Origin: a virus
Direction: 5' to 3' (one strand)
DNA length: 44,247 bases
IMG/VR virus record: IMGVR_UViG_3300045988_043739
Span: 1-44,247 of that record
Shown here in pieces: positions 25,152-32,096 of this stretch. A program made the translations under genes and the position numbers. The first letter of the stretch is position 1, and each line of letters begins with the position of its first letter. The notes under the pieces were generated by a model. The model worked only from the letters and a program-made list of their open reading frames with translations, was not told the DNA's origin and ran no database searches.

Positions 25152-25629
25152 GTATATAAAACGGAAAGAAGCAATTCTTACCGTTAAAGGCTACGCAAAG
25201 CATGCTATCGACAAGGGTAGGAAATGCCTTGATGCAGAAGACGATACCATCCATATGTGCGATGAGATTGACCGCCTGCTCGCTGTCGATGTTATTCCAA
25301 GACCGCGCTGGATTCCGATAGCGGAACACCTACCGGAGCCAGAAACCGAAGTTATGATTGTCTGCAATGACAATGGTCGTAGATTTATCGCAACGGCAAT
25401 CCACGAAAACGGAAAGCAGCTCTCGGAAGAAAGCTGCTGGGTTTGGACTGATATTTGGGAGTACGGTCGCTATGACGAAGAACATGACGATTATTTCGTC
25501 CCGGAGGGCTGGTGGGAGAGCCGCTGCTTCACGCCGGACGATGTTTACAACTGCATGGTAGACTGCGAAGTAACTCACTGGATGCCTATGCCGGAGTTGC
25601 CAGAGGAGAAAACCAATGGCAATAAGTAA
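25144..25629 (+). CDS. DUF551-like phage protein
   Basis: RWIPIAEHLPEPETEVMIV ... THWMPMPELP resembles DUF551. Confidence 0.5.
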   Translation: MVEYIKRKEAILTVKGYAKHAIDKGRKCLDAEDDTIHMCDEIDRLLAVDVIPRPRWIPIAEHLPEPETEVMIVCNDNGRRFIATAIHENGKQLSEESCWVWTDIWEYGRYDEEHDDYFVPEGWWESRCFTPDDVYNCMVDCEVTHWMPMPELPEEKTNGNK

Positions 25630-25999
25630 GAAAACCCGCGAAGAAGTATACCGCAAATACGACGGACACTGTGCTTATTGCGGCAGAGAGATTGCATACA
25701 AAGATATGCAAGTAGATCATTTTCTCCCACTGAGGGCATGGGGAATTGAAGATGCGGGGAAAGATGATATTTCGAATCTCATGCCGTCCTGTCGAATGTG
25801 CAATCATTACAAGCGAGCCAATACGCTGGAAACATTCCGGCGCTACATCGCGGAAATTCCGAGAAAGCTGCGCGAAAATTACATCTATAAGGTTGGCGTA
25901 GTTTACGGGAATGTGATCGAGAATGAAAAGCCGATTGAGTTTTACTTTGAGAAGCAGGAAAGTGCAACTCATTTGGGAGAGGGGTGTGAAAATGGCTGA
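25616..25999 (+). CDS. HNH endonuclease
   Basis: CAYCGREI...VDHFLPL...NLMPSCRMCNHYK. Confidence 0.8.
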   Translation: MAISKKTREEVYRKYDGHCAYCGREIAYKDMQVDHFLPLRAWGIEDAGKDDISNLMPSCRMCNHYKRANTLETFRRYIAEIPRKLRENYIYKVGVVYGNVIENEKPIEFYFEKQESATHLGEGCENG

Positions 26000-26282
26000 A
26001 TATATTGAGCGTGAAGCGGCGGAAGATGCAGTCGGAGAAGCGCACCTAAAGGGGCTTAATCCGCTTTGGGAGTTGCGTGACGTTCCTGCCGCCGACGTTG
26101 CGCCGGTGGTGCATGGCGAGTGGGTGCGTCCGCACTGGAAAGGCAGTGATTATTGTTGTGACTGTTCAGAGTGTGACGGGGAAGCAATGCACAGAGAATA
26201 TCAATGGAACAAAAAGGGTATTTACCCTATCTGTCCTAACTGCGGCGCGAAGATGGACGGAGGTAATGGCAATGAAGTTTAA
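25992..26282 (+). CDS. Zinc-ribbon-containing hypothetical protein
   Basis: CCDCSECDG...CPNCG. Internal ATG 25992 of ORF 25923-26282. Confidence 0.5.
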   Translation: MAEYIEREAAEDAVGEAHLKGLNPLWELRDVPAADVAPVVHGEWVRPHWKGSDYCCDCSECDGEAMHREYQWNKKGIYPICPNCGAKMDGGNGNEV

Positions 26283-26826
26283 GAAAGACGGGAAAGTGTA
26301 CGACGATATCGACGCACTGATGCATGAAACCTGTTTTGCAGGAACTCACTACCACTGTGGAAGCTGCGAGATTAAAGACAAGGCACTCACAGAGCAGGAT
26401 AGTTGCTATGCCTATGCAATTTATCATCAGAGAGAAATAGCGCAATACTTAGGCTATGAGGTGATCGAGGACGACACGCCCACCATTGCCGAGGCAGTCG
26501 AGAAGTACGGCGAAGGCGCAAAGCACAGACTGACCCGTGCGGACATCCTGCACGCGGCGGAGAAGTGCGTATGCGGACAGCGCGAGACGGACTACGGCAC
26601 GCCGGAGGACAATTTTGAGACGATCGCGGAACTTTGGGAAACATACCTCAGGCGCGCGTGCGTGGATGAGGCGGGCGGTGTGTATATCGACGCGAACGAC
26701 GTTGCCATGATGATGGCGCTGCTCAAGATTGCACGCATTGCAGCAGGCGGCGGAAAGGCTGACAGTTGGATTGATCTTGCAGGCTATGCGGCTTGCGGGG
26801 CGGAGTGCGAGGGGGTAACGGAATGA
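26272..26826 (+). CDS. Phage protein with DUF6378-like C-terminal domain (tentative)
   Basis: RETDYGTPEDNFETIAELWETYL...DVAMMMALLKIARIA...DSWIDLAGYAACG. GGAGG lies 8 nt upstream of ATG 26272. Confidence 0.5.
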   Translation: MKFKKDGKVYDDIDALMHETCFAGTHYHCGSCEIKDKALTEQDSCYAYAIYHQREIAQYLGYEVIEDDTPTIAEAVEKYGEGAKHRLTRADILHAAEKCVCGQRETDYGTPEDNFETIAELWETYLRRACVDEAGGVYIDANDVAMMMALLKIARIAAGGGKADSWIDLAGYAACGAECEGVTE

Positions 26827-27092
26827 AGTACAGAAAGAAACCTGTTGTGGTTGAGGCCGTCCGGTGGACAGGCGAGAACGTGGGAGAAATCAACGGCTTT
26901 TGCAACCCTGTAAAGGATTATACTGTAAGAAATACTATCTTATGGTCGAAGGATAAGACATTGCTCATCAAAACGCTTGAAGGGAATATGCTTGCGAACG
27001 TTGGCGACTACATCATCAAGGGCGTAAACGGCGAATACTACCCCTGCAAGCCGGATGTGTTCGCAAAAACGTATGAGGCGGTGGAAGAATGA
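26823..27092 (+). CDS. Conserved small phage protein
   Basis: MKYRKKPVVVEAVRW...GDYIIKGVNGEYYPCKPDVFAKTYE is a pattern recurrent in phage genomes (family name not recalled). Confidence 0.6.
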   Translation: MKYRKKPVVVEAVRWTGENVGEINGFCNPVKDYTVRNTILWSKDKTLLIKTLEGNMLANVGDYIIKGVNGEYYPCKPDVFAKTYEAVEE

Positions 27093-27349
27093 CCGTCGCC
27101 GAAATCGCCGCCCAGATGGATACAGCACAAGCGACGGTACTTGTTTTGAGCGCGTTAGCGGTTGTTTGTGGACTTGCAGTGCTTATAGCCAGATTTATAG
27201 GCTCTGATAACATTAGCGCTGCACTGGTTATGCTCTCTGTGCTTTTAGTGGTTTTCGGTGCGATCGCCTTTAGAAACGTATGCAAAACCGCGCCGGGAAC
27301 CACGGCGAACCAGTACATTGTTGAACATTATGGAGGAATAGAAAAATGA
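27089..27349 (+). CDS. Two-TM membrane protein
   Basis: Hydrophobic segments VLVLSALAVVCGLAVLIA and LVMLSVLLVVFGAIAF. Confidence 0.6.
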   Translation: MTVAEIAAQMDTAQATVLVLSALAVVCGLAVLIARFIGSDNISAALVMLSVLLVVFGAIAFRNVCKTAPGTTANQYIVEHYGGIEK

Positions 27350-27720
27350 CACCAACTGTTGTATTTGATTTTGACGGCGTTATTCACAGTTATACTTCCG
27401 GGTGGAAGGGGAAAACGGTTATTCCCGACCCACCGGTGCAGGGAATTCGTGAGGCGATTAACGACATTCGGAAATTGTACCGAGTAGTTGTTGTATCGAC
27501 CCGCTGCGATACACCAGACGGCATTATGGCCGTAAAGGAATATCTGGCCAAGCACGACATTGTTGTTGACGATGTGATGAAGGAAAAACCGCCTGCGATT
27601 GTGTATATTGACGACCGAGCTATTTGTTTTGACGGGAATCCGCACGGATTACTCGATAAAATCACGGCATTTGAACCATGGACGGCAAAAGCGATGAGGA
27701 GAATGAAGAATGACGATTGA
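27346..27720 (+). CDS. HAD-superfamily phosphatase-like protein
   Basis: VVFDFDGVIHSY (DxDG motif I), VVVSTR, YIDDR. Confidence 0.6.
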   Translation: MTPTVVFDFDGVIHSYTSGWKGKTVIPDPPVQGIREAINDIRKLYRVVVVSTRCDTPDGIMAVKEYLAKHDIVVDDVMKEKPPAIVYIDDRAICFDGNPHGLLDKITAFEPWTAKAMRRMKNDD

Positions 27721-27898
27721 TGAAGCTATTAAGTACGCGGATATGCTGTCGTGCAATGTGAATGCGTTTGAAGTGAGCAAGCAATTCGGCGCGATGTGCG
27801 CTGATGCACTGCGGCTGGCAAAGAAAATGAGCGAGGATGCCGGAATTAGCGCAACACCTGCGCAGGACACATGGCAGGAACGAAGAAAGCGCAAATGA
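27710..27898 (+). CDS. Hypothetical protein
   Basis: 62 aa. ATGA-type overlap with the upstream gene. Confidence 0.5.
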   Translation: MTIDEAIKYADMLSCNVNAFEVSKQFGAMCADALRLAKKMSEDAGISATPAQDTWQERRKRK

Positions 27899-28151
27899 GC
27901 GGTTCCCGCAGTTCCACTCGGAGCACGAGGGATGGGCAATCATTACGGAGGAAGCCGAGGAACTGCGGGAAGAATGCGACAGTATCGAAATGTCAATGAA
28001 GCAGCTCTGGCACCGTATCCGTGACGGAATCCCGACGGCGCAACATGTGGCTTTCGTTGAGCAGGACGCCGAAGCTGCGGCTTGCGAGGCAATTCAGGTG
28101 GCGGCGATGGCGAGAAAGTACCTTGATATGTTGGAGCGGATGAACGCGTGA
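27837..28151 (+). CDS. MazG-like NTP pyrophosphohydrolase-type small protein (tentative)
   Basis: FHSEHEGWAIITEEAEELREE resembles the EExxE helix of MazG-like proteins. The only in-frame start (ATG 27837) overlaps the previous ORF by 62 nt. Confidence 0.4.
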   Translation: MPELAQHLRRTHGRNEESANERFPQFHSEHEGWAIITEEAEELREECDSIEMSMKQLWHRIRDGIPTAQHVAFVEQDAEAAACEAIQVAAMARKYLDMLERMNA

Positions 28152-28342
28152 AGCAGTACAGCGCGGAGATGCGGCAGTATCTGGACGAGATGCGGCGGTA
28201 TGAAAATTGGAGGTACGGAAATGACCGATTACGGCGGATATGGGACGAAACAAACTACCTCGCAGACAGTATCGCCCGAAAATACGTTAAAATCGACGAT
28301 CTGATTGAAGAACTGCGGGAGAATGGAATAGCATTAGCATGA
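28148..28342 (+). CDS. Hypothetical protein
   Basis: GTG start overlapping the upstream stop (GTGA). 64 aa. Confidence 0.5.
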   Translation: MKQYSAEMRQYLDEMRRYENWRYGNDRLRRIWDETNYLADSIARKYVKIDDLIEELRENGIALA

Positions 28343-28554
28343 AAAAGAAAAGCGAATGCGCTGGGTGCGCATACTGGCGAGTACTGGGTACGAGCCAAGG
28401 GTATAAGCTATGGGCGTGGCATTATTTGATCGACACGGGGAAATCGCGCGGATGTGAACCGGGTGTGGGTTGCGTCCGCAAGGCGGCTAAGATCAGCCGA
28501 CGCAGGCGATATACACAGCACGGCATGGAGGAGGTAGTGGCACACGACGACTAA
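28339..28554 (+). CDS. Small Cys-containing basic protein
   Basis: ATGA overlap. CAGCAYW...GCEPGVGC. Confidence 0.5.
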   Translation: MKKKSECAGCAYWRVLGTSQGYKLWAWHYLIDTGKSRGCEPGVGCVRKAAKISRRRRYTQHGMEEVVAHDD

Positions 28555-28600
28555 GGAATGGCTCAGACGAGGGATTGACCTTGAAAAGTCGATCTCGGCA

Positions 28601-28957
28601 TTGGAGGAAGCAAGAGTAAGGGCGTGGACGCGGGCGACAAGCGCAACGGCAACCATCAAGGACACGCCGGGCGGCGGCGGTGACGTGACCGCAAACAAGG
28701 CGGATGCATATCTTGCCCTGTCCGAGAAGATACAGAGAGAGCAGGAACGGCTTGCGCTGATTAAAGCCGAGATCATCAGCACAACAGCTAAGGTGCAGGA
28801 TGCGGCGCTGCGGGCGCTGCTGATCGAACATTACGTGAACGGCAGAACGTGGAGAGAGACTGCCGAAAAGATTCACTATAACGAGGACCATGTGCGCGGA
28901 CGGATGCACGTTCGCGCCCTGCGGGAAGTGGAGAAGTTATTAACAGATTGTGCATGA
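28601..28957 (+). CDS. DUF1492-like / sigma region-4-like late transcription regulator
   Basis: DTPGGGG...ERLALIKAEIISTTAKVQD...LRALLIEHYVNGRTWRETAEKIHYNEDHVRGRMHVRALREVEKLL. The frame is open from 28538 with a plausible N-terminal extension but no ATG/GTG. TTG 28601 is the first conventional start. Confidence 0.65.
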   Translation: MEEARVRAWTRATSATATIKDTPGGGGDVTANKADAYLALSEKIQREQERLALIKAEIISTTAKVQDAALRALLIEHYVNGRTWRETAEKIHYNEDHVRGRMHVRALREVEKLLTDCA

Positions 28958-28996
28958 ATCTGTGGAAAACTTACCACACTATACCACAAAAACTGG

Positions 28997-29005
28997 TGTT
29001 ATAAT
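28997..29005 (+). promoter_or_regulatory. Extended -10 promoter TGtTATAAT
   Basis: Perfect TGnTATAAT 40 nt after the regulator stop, heading the ORF-free region. Confidence 0.55.
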
Positions 29006-29252
29006 AGTATTGTGATAAAAGCTCGTAAGAGCAGAATCACGGAGTTTCGTTCCTCCATTTCTACCTAAAGTCCCGTTTTAAGCGGTGGGGAAATCCTGCC
29101 GCTGACCTGCTCCAAAGTCTGCATGAGGGCGGCGGAGCGCCTTTCGCGGAACGAAGGCATTGATTATCCTTTCTATTCTTTCGGCGTGTCTTTTGCGCGG
29201 CACGCCGATATGCTCCAAAGCCTGCATGAGGGTGACGGAGTAATAACATTTA

Positions 29253-29261
29253 TGCTACAAT
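29253..29261 (+). promoter_or_regulatory. Second extended -10 promoter TGcTACAAT inside the ORF-free region
   Basis: TG at 29253-29254, TACAAT at 29256-29261. Confidence 0.4.
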
Positions 29262-30040
29262 GAGAATGGAATGCGGAGCCTGCGGGCAACAGGCACCGCA
29301 AACATGCCCGGATGGCTGCGTGAGGTCGGACGGGTAACGTATGGATTAACCAAGGGCAACGTGGCGGACTTTTGCAAGTCTTGCATGGTGGACAACGTGC
29401 AAGTCAATCTGTTCCCGAAGCTGCATGAGGCGGAGGGAGCACAACGCCTCCAACGAGGACGATAATATTCTGACAGCTCGGAAAGACGAGCCTGTTTCCG
29501 AACGCCTGTGAAGCTGCTGCAACGGCTTTGCAGAGTTCAGCGGGTGCTTGCAGGCACGCCGCAACCGGGGTCGCTCCCCGCTGTAACCTAACAAGGGAAT
29601 CAGCCGGATTACGCACCGATAGAGACGCGTGACACGACGGACAGAGACGCCGAACAGCCTATATCGAGAGGGCGAGTGCTACTGGATAAGCACTCACACG
29701 GACTTAGTGAGCCGAGAGCAAAACACCAGTTTGCTAACAAAGTTACAAAGCCGATACGGCGCTTTCGGGTGGCTAAGTACACGCCACGAAAGAGCACCAG
29801 TCTGTTTATCTCTTGCAATAAACAACCTAATCATCAGGACGGAAACACAAGTAAACTTGCGAAAGTGAGGTTATTACCTCTCTGGATTTCATACAACCGT
29901 TCTGGACAGCTGAGAGATCACCGGTAAAAGCCCGGCGTTCAGACGCGACGATAGCGTTCATACCTCCCTGTGGAGGTATACCGGTTTGCATAGTTGCTGG
30001 AAGCGGGTGCGAGCCCTGCAAAACCGAAACAGTCGTATAA

Positions 30041-30086
30041 TGACAAACCCCGCTCACCTTATGGCTTTGGTGAGCGGGGTTTGTCA
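30041..30086. terminator. 18-bp perfect hairpin between convergent units (bidirectional terminator candidate)
   Basis: TGACAAACCCCGCTCACC-(10 nt)-GGTGAGCGGGGTTTGTCA. The U-tracts on both sides are only modest. Confidence 0.6.
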
Positions 30087-30092
30087 TGCTAT

Positions 30093-30782
30093 TTAGAAAA
30101 TACTCCGATAGTCGCAAAAGTTCAATGCTTCGGCGATCTTCTCGCGGTAATTTTCGCCTGCTTCGTAGGCGGTGATCTTGCCGGTTTCGATCTGTTGCAG
30201 GGTTTGAACTGGAATGCCGGTTGCGTCTGCAAGCTGCTGCTGGGTCAAACCTGCGGCTTCGCGGATATCTGCAACGGAGATTTTGCCTTTTGGCCACTTG
30301 TCCCCGTGTGCCTTATCCATGACCTCGCCGACCTTGTAAATGTGGGCACGTTCCATGCGTCGGCCGCCGCCCTCGTTCGGGATGGAGAAGAAGATACCGG
30401 AATCAATCGCGGACTGAAAAGCGGATTCGAGGTTTTCGCCGTGCTCGCGCAGGCTGGCCGGTGTGCCCACAGTGACGGGCACCATGCAAATATTACCGTC
30501 GTGCGCGTCATAGTCACCGTAGAATGCCGGTGTTGTGTTGCGGTAGCCACTGCAATTACAGTGACCGTAATGCACACCGTCCGGCACCTCGATAAGCACA
30601 CGACGCAGGGCGATATAGCTACCGTATGTGTCCCAACCGAGCTTGCCAATCTGGCGATCGGATTCCACGCTATCCTCTGTAATGATAAAAGCGTCATACT
30701 CCTTGACGGGATAGTTCGGTGTAGATTTTGCCTCGTTGAGGCGTTCGGCTGGCTGACAAAACAGGGTAAGAGTTGCTAACAT
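30093..30782 (-). CDS. Unknown 165-aa domain fused to C-terminal XRE-type HTH (229 aa)
   Basis: ORF 30093-30911. ATG 30782 has GGAGGA 7 nt upstream. C-terminal ISVADIREAAGLTQQQLADATGIPVQTLQQIETGK. The N-terminal domain contains HYGHCNCSGY. Confidence 0.7.
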   Translation of the reverse strand: MLATLTLFCQPAERLNEAKSTPNYPVKEYDAFIITEDSVESDRQIGKLGWDTYGSYIALRRVLIEVPDGVHYGHCNCSGYRNTTPAFYGDYDAHDGNICMVPVTVGTPASLREHGENLESAFQSAIDSGIFFSIPNEGGGRRMERAHIYKVGEVMDKAHGDKWPKGKISVADIREAAGLTQQQLADATGIPVQTLQQIETGKITAYEAGENYREKIAEALNFCDYRSIF

Positions 30783-30934
30783 GGTGAGTTCCTCCTTCGG
30801 TTTGTTGGGTATAAGTGTATCATAATGTAAGTCCGATATGCAGGACTTTAGTTTGCGCTGTTGTGCTAATTGTACCCCGATGTGCGGGGTAGTGTCAATA
30901 TGTTCCGCCACAGGTGCGTGAGCCGGGCGGGAGA

Positions 30935-31102
30935 TTAAACAATTTCAAAACTGACACCCTCAATGAATAAGATAGTACCGTATCCGGGAAGAAATGCACA
31001 ACGGCGTCCAACCCATTCCGGGTGATTACCTTGGTAATCCTGATAGGTGGATTTGTAGTCGTTGCCGATGCGGTCGTATTCTGCTTTTGTGATGCGTACC
31101 AT
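30935..31102 (-). CDS. Hypothetical 55-aa protein (below ORF-track cutoff)
   Basis: AAAGGA RBS. Translation MVRITKAEYDRIGNDYKSTYQDYQGNHPEWVGRRCAFLPGYGTILFIEGVSFEIV. It fills the gap between the two flanking minus-strand genes. Confidence 0.5.
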   Translation of the reverse strand: MVRITKAEYDRIGNDYKSTYQDYQGNHPEWVGRRCAFLPGYGTILFIEGVSFEIV

Positions 31103-31146
31103 GGTAAATCCTTTCTGCCCTCGTTACCTCCGGGGCGGGTGGTTGG

Positions 31147-31380
31147 TTAGTTCCAGCGGTTAAAGTCGAATAGGTCGCTATCAGGAAATGCGGCGTTGAG
31201 AGTATCGCCTTTGTTGGTGACGGCCTCGTAACGATCGAGACAGGAAAGCCAGTTTTCGGCAGCTTGCTGCTCGGTGATGCGGTAGATACGATTAAGGGTG
31301 ATATAACCATCGCCTGCGGATGCGTACTTGTTGCCGATGACTGCGTTCTGCTTGGTGAGGATTGGGTAATTGGTTTTCAT
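31147..31380 (-). CDS. Hypothetical 77-aa protein
   Basis: ORF 31147-31395. ATG 31380 has GGAGGT 8 nt upstream. Confidence 0.6.
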   Translation of the reverse strand: MKTNYPILTKQNAVIGNKYASAGDGYITLNRIYRITEQQAAENWLSCLDRYEAVTNKGDTLNAAFPDSDLFDFNRWN

Positions 31381-31443
31381 GGTGTGTACCTCCAAATTAA
31401 AATTTATGGCTGCGGGCTTTAAGGGTGAACCCGCGAGAACCTT

Positions 31444-31908
31444 TTAAGCGCCGATCGTGCCGAACTGCTGATACAAGTAAATGTACTTAGCAAGTTCTTT
31501 CGCTCCGCCAATGGCAGTGCAGCGGCTTTTGCTGTCGTGCAGACGGTAGTCATAGTACAGGAGACCGGGGCGAACCGTTACGATATCCTCGGCACTTCTG
31601 AGCACCTTTTCCGCCTCGTCGATGTACTCGGCGGATACATCATCAAAGAGGCCGTACTCGTAATCGACGAACATATAAAAGTTGCCGCCTGCGAGGATTT
31701 CACCGGTGCGCTCGTCGCGGTCGATCTCGTCCCAGTGCATGAGCAGCTTTTCAACGTCGCTGCGCTTAACGGTCGGGTCCTTGATCGTAACATGTGCGCT
31801 GGTGCTGTATCCGCAATCCTTAACGGATACCTTGAAGGACTTGGTGTTGTAGCCTGCGGCTTTCAGTTCGCGCTTGATTGCTGCGTTGGTTTCTCGGTTA
31901 GTTAACAT
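31444..31908 (-). CDS. LPD29-like domain protein (tentative), 154 aa
   Basis: TNAAIKRELKAAGYNTKSFKVSVKDCGYSTSAHVTIKDPTVKRSDVEKLL is reminiscent of a domain seen in polyvalent proteins of conjugative elements and phages (from memory). Confidence 0.65.
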   Translation of the reverse strand: MLTNRETNAAIKRELKAAGYNTKSFKVSVKDCGYSTSAHVTIKDPTVKRSDVEKLLMHWDEIDRDERTGEILAGGNFYMFVDYEYGLFDDVSAEYIDEAEKVLRSAEDIVTVRPGLLYYDYRLHDSKSRCTAIGGAKELAKYIYLYQQFGTIGA

Positions 31909-31956
31909 ATTGATTACTTCCTTTCGGTGTTTGGTGTTTTCCTTTGCTGTGATTAC

Positions 31957-31985
31957 ATTGTACTATGAGTTAACTCATAAGTCAA
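31957..31985 (-). promoter_or_regulatory. Leftward promoter TTGACT-17-TACAAT with a palindromic operator filling the spacer
   Basis: Minus strand: TTGACT (31980-31985), a 17-nt spacer holding the 16-bp palindrome TATGAGTTAACTCATA plus 1 nt, TACAAT (31957-31962). Confidence 0.65.
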
Positions 31986-32045
31986 CAGGGAATGATACAC
32001 AAAAGTTAACTCATAAATTTAGTGATATTTGTGAGTACACTCATA
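31964..32045. promoter_or_regulatory. Three related operator sites (G)AGT(T/A)(A/C)ACTCATAA
   Basis: TATGAGTTAACTCATA at 31964-31979 (perfect palindrome), AGTTAACTCATA at 32004-32015, TGAGTACACTCATA at 32032-32045. Confidence 0.6.
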
Positions 32046-32054
32046 AGCGATATG

Positions 32055-32063
32055 TGTTATACT
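32055..32063 (+). promoter_or_regulatory. Rightward extended -10 promoter TGtTATACT
   Basis: TG at 32055-32056, TATACT at 32058-32063. The third operator overlaps its -35 position. Confidence 0.45.
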
Positions 32064-32096
32064 GTTTGTATCTATATAAGATATGGAGGGGAACAC

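Larger units (their letters stand above)
29012..30086 (+). ncRNA. Candidate large structured non-coding RNA(s) (class unassigned; ROOL/GOLLD-like context)
   Basis: No credible ORF in six frames over 1.1 kb. The region is not AT-rich. It has many compact helices (for example 29012-29040 with a GUAA loop, 29182-29207, 29674-29695, 29960-29979). It is bounded by a promoter and an 18-bp hairpin. Strand is assigned from the promoters only. Confidence 0.45.

Noticed and set aside
29118-29240. Hammerhead-ribozyme core in the CTGCATGAGG boxes
   Set aside because: The sequence is CUGCAUGAG, not the CUGANGA core, and I found no matching GAAA plus stem III arrangement.
29061-29927. Short ORFs in the ORF-free region (29271-29465, 29629-29868, 29676-29927 plus; 29061-29249, 29346-29594, 29404-29616, 29609-29818 minus)
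   Set aside because: They have no convincing RBS, are Arg-rich or low-complexity, and overlap each other in several frames. One caveat: ATG 29271 lies 9 nt after the TGcTACAAT -10, so a leaderless 64-aa product (containing CKSC) cannot be strictly excluded.
30783-30911. N-terminal extensions suggested by the ORF track (30093-30911; also 38817-39035, 3158-3250, 5246-5287, 23176-23238, 26077-26271)
   Set aside because: Internal starts have strong GGAGG-type RBSs at correct spacing. The extensions overlap upstream genes or terminators.
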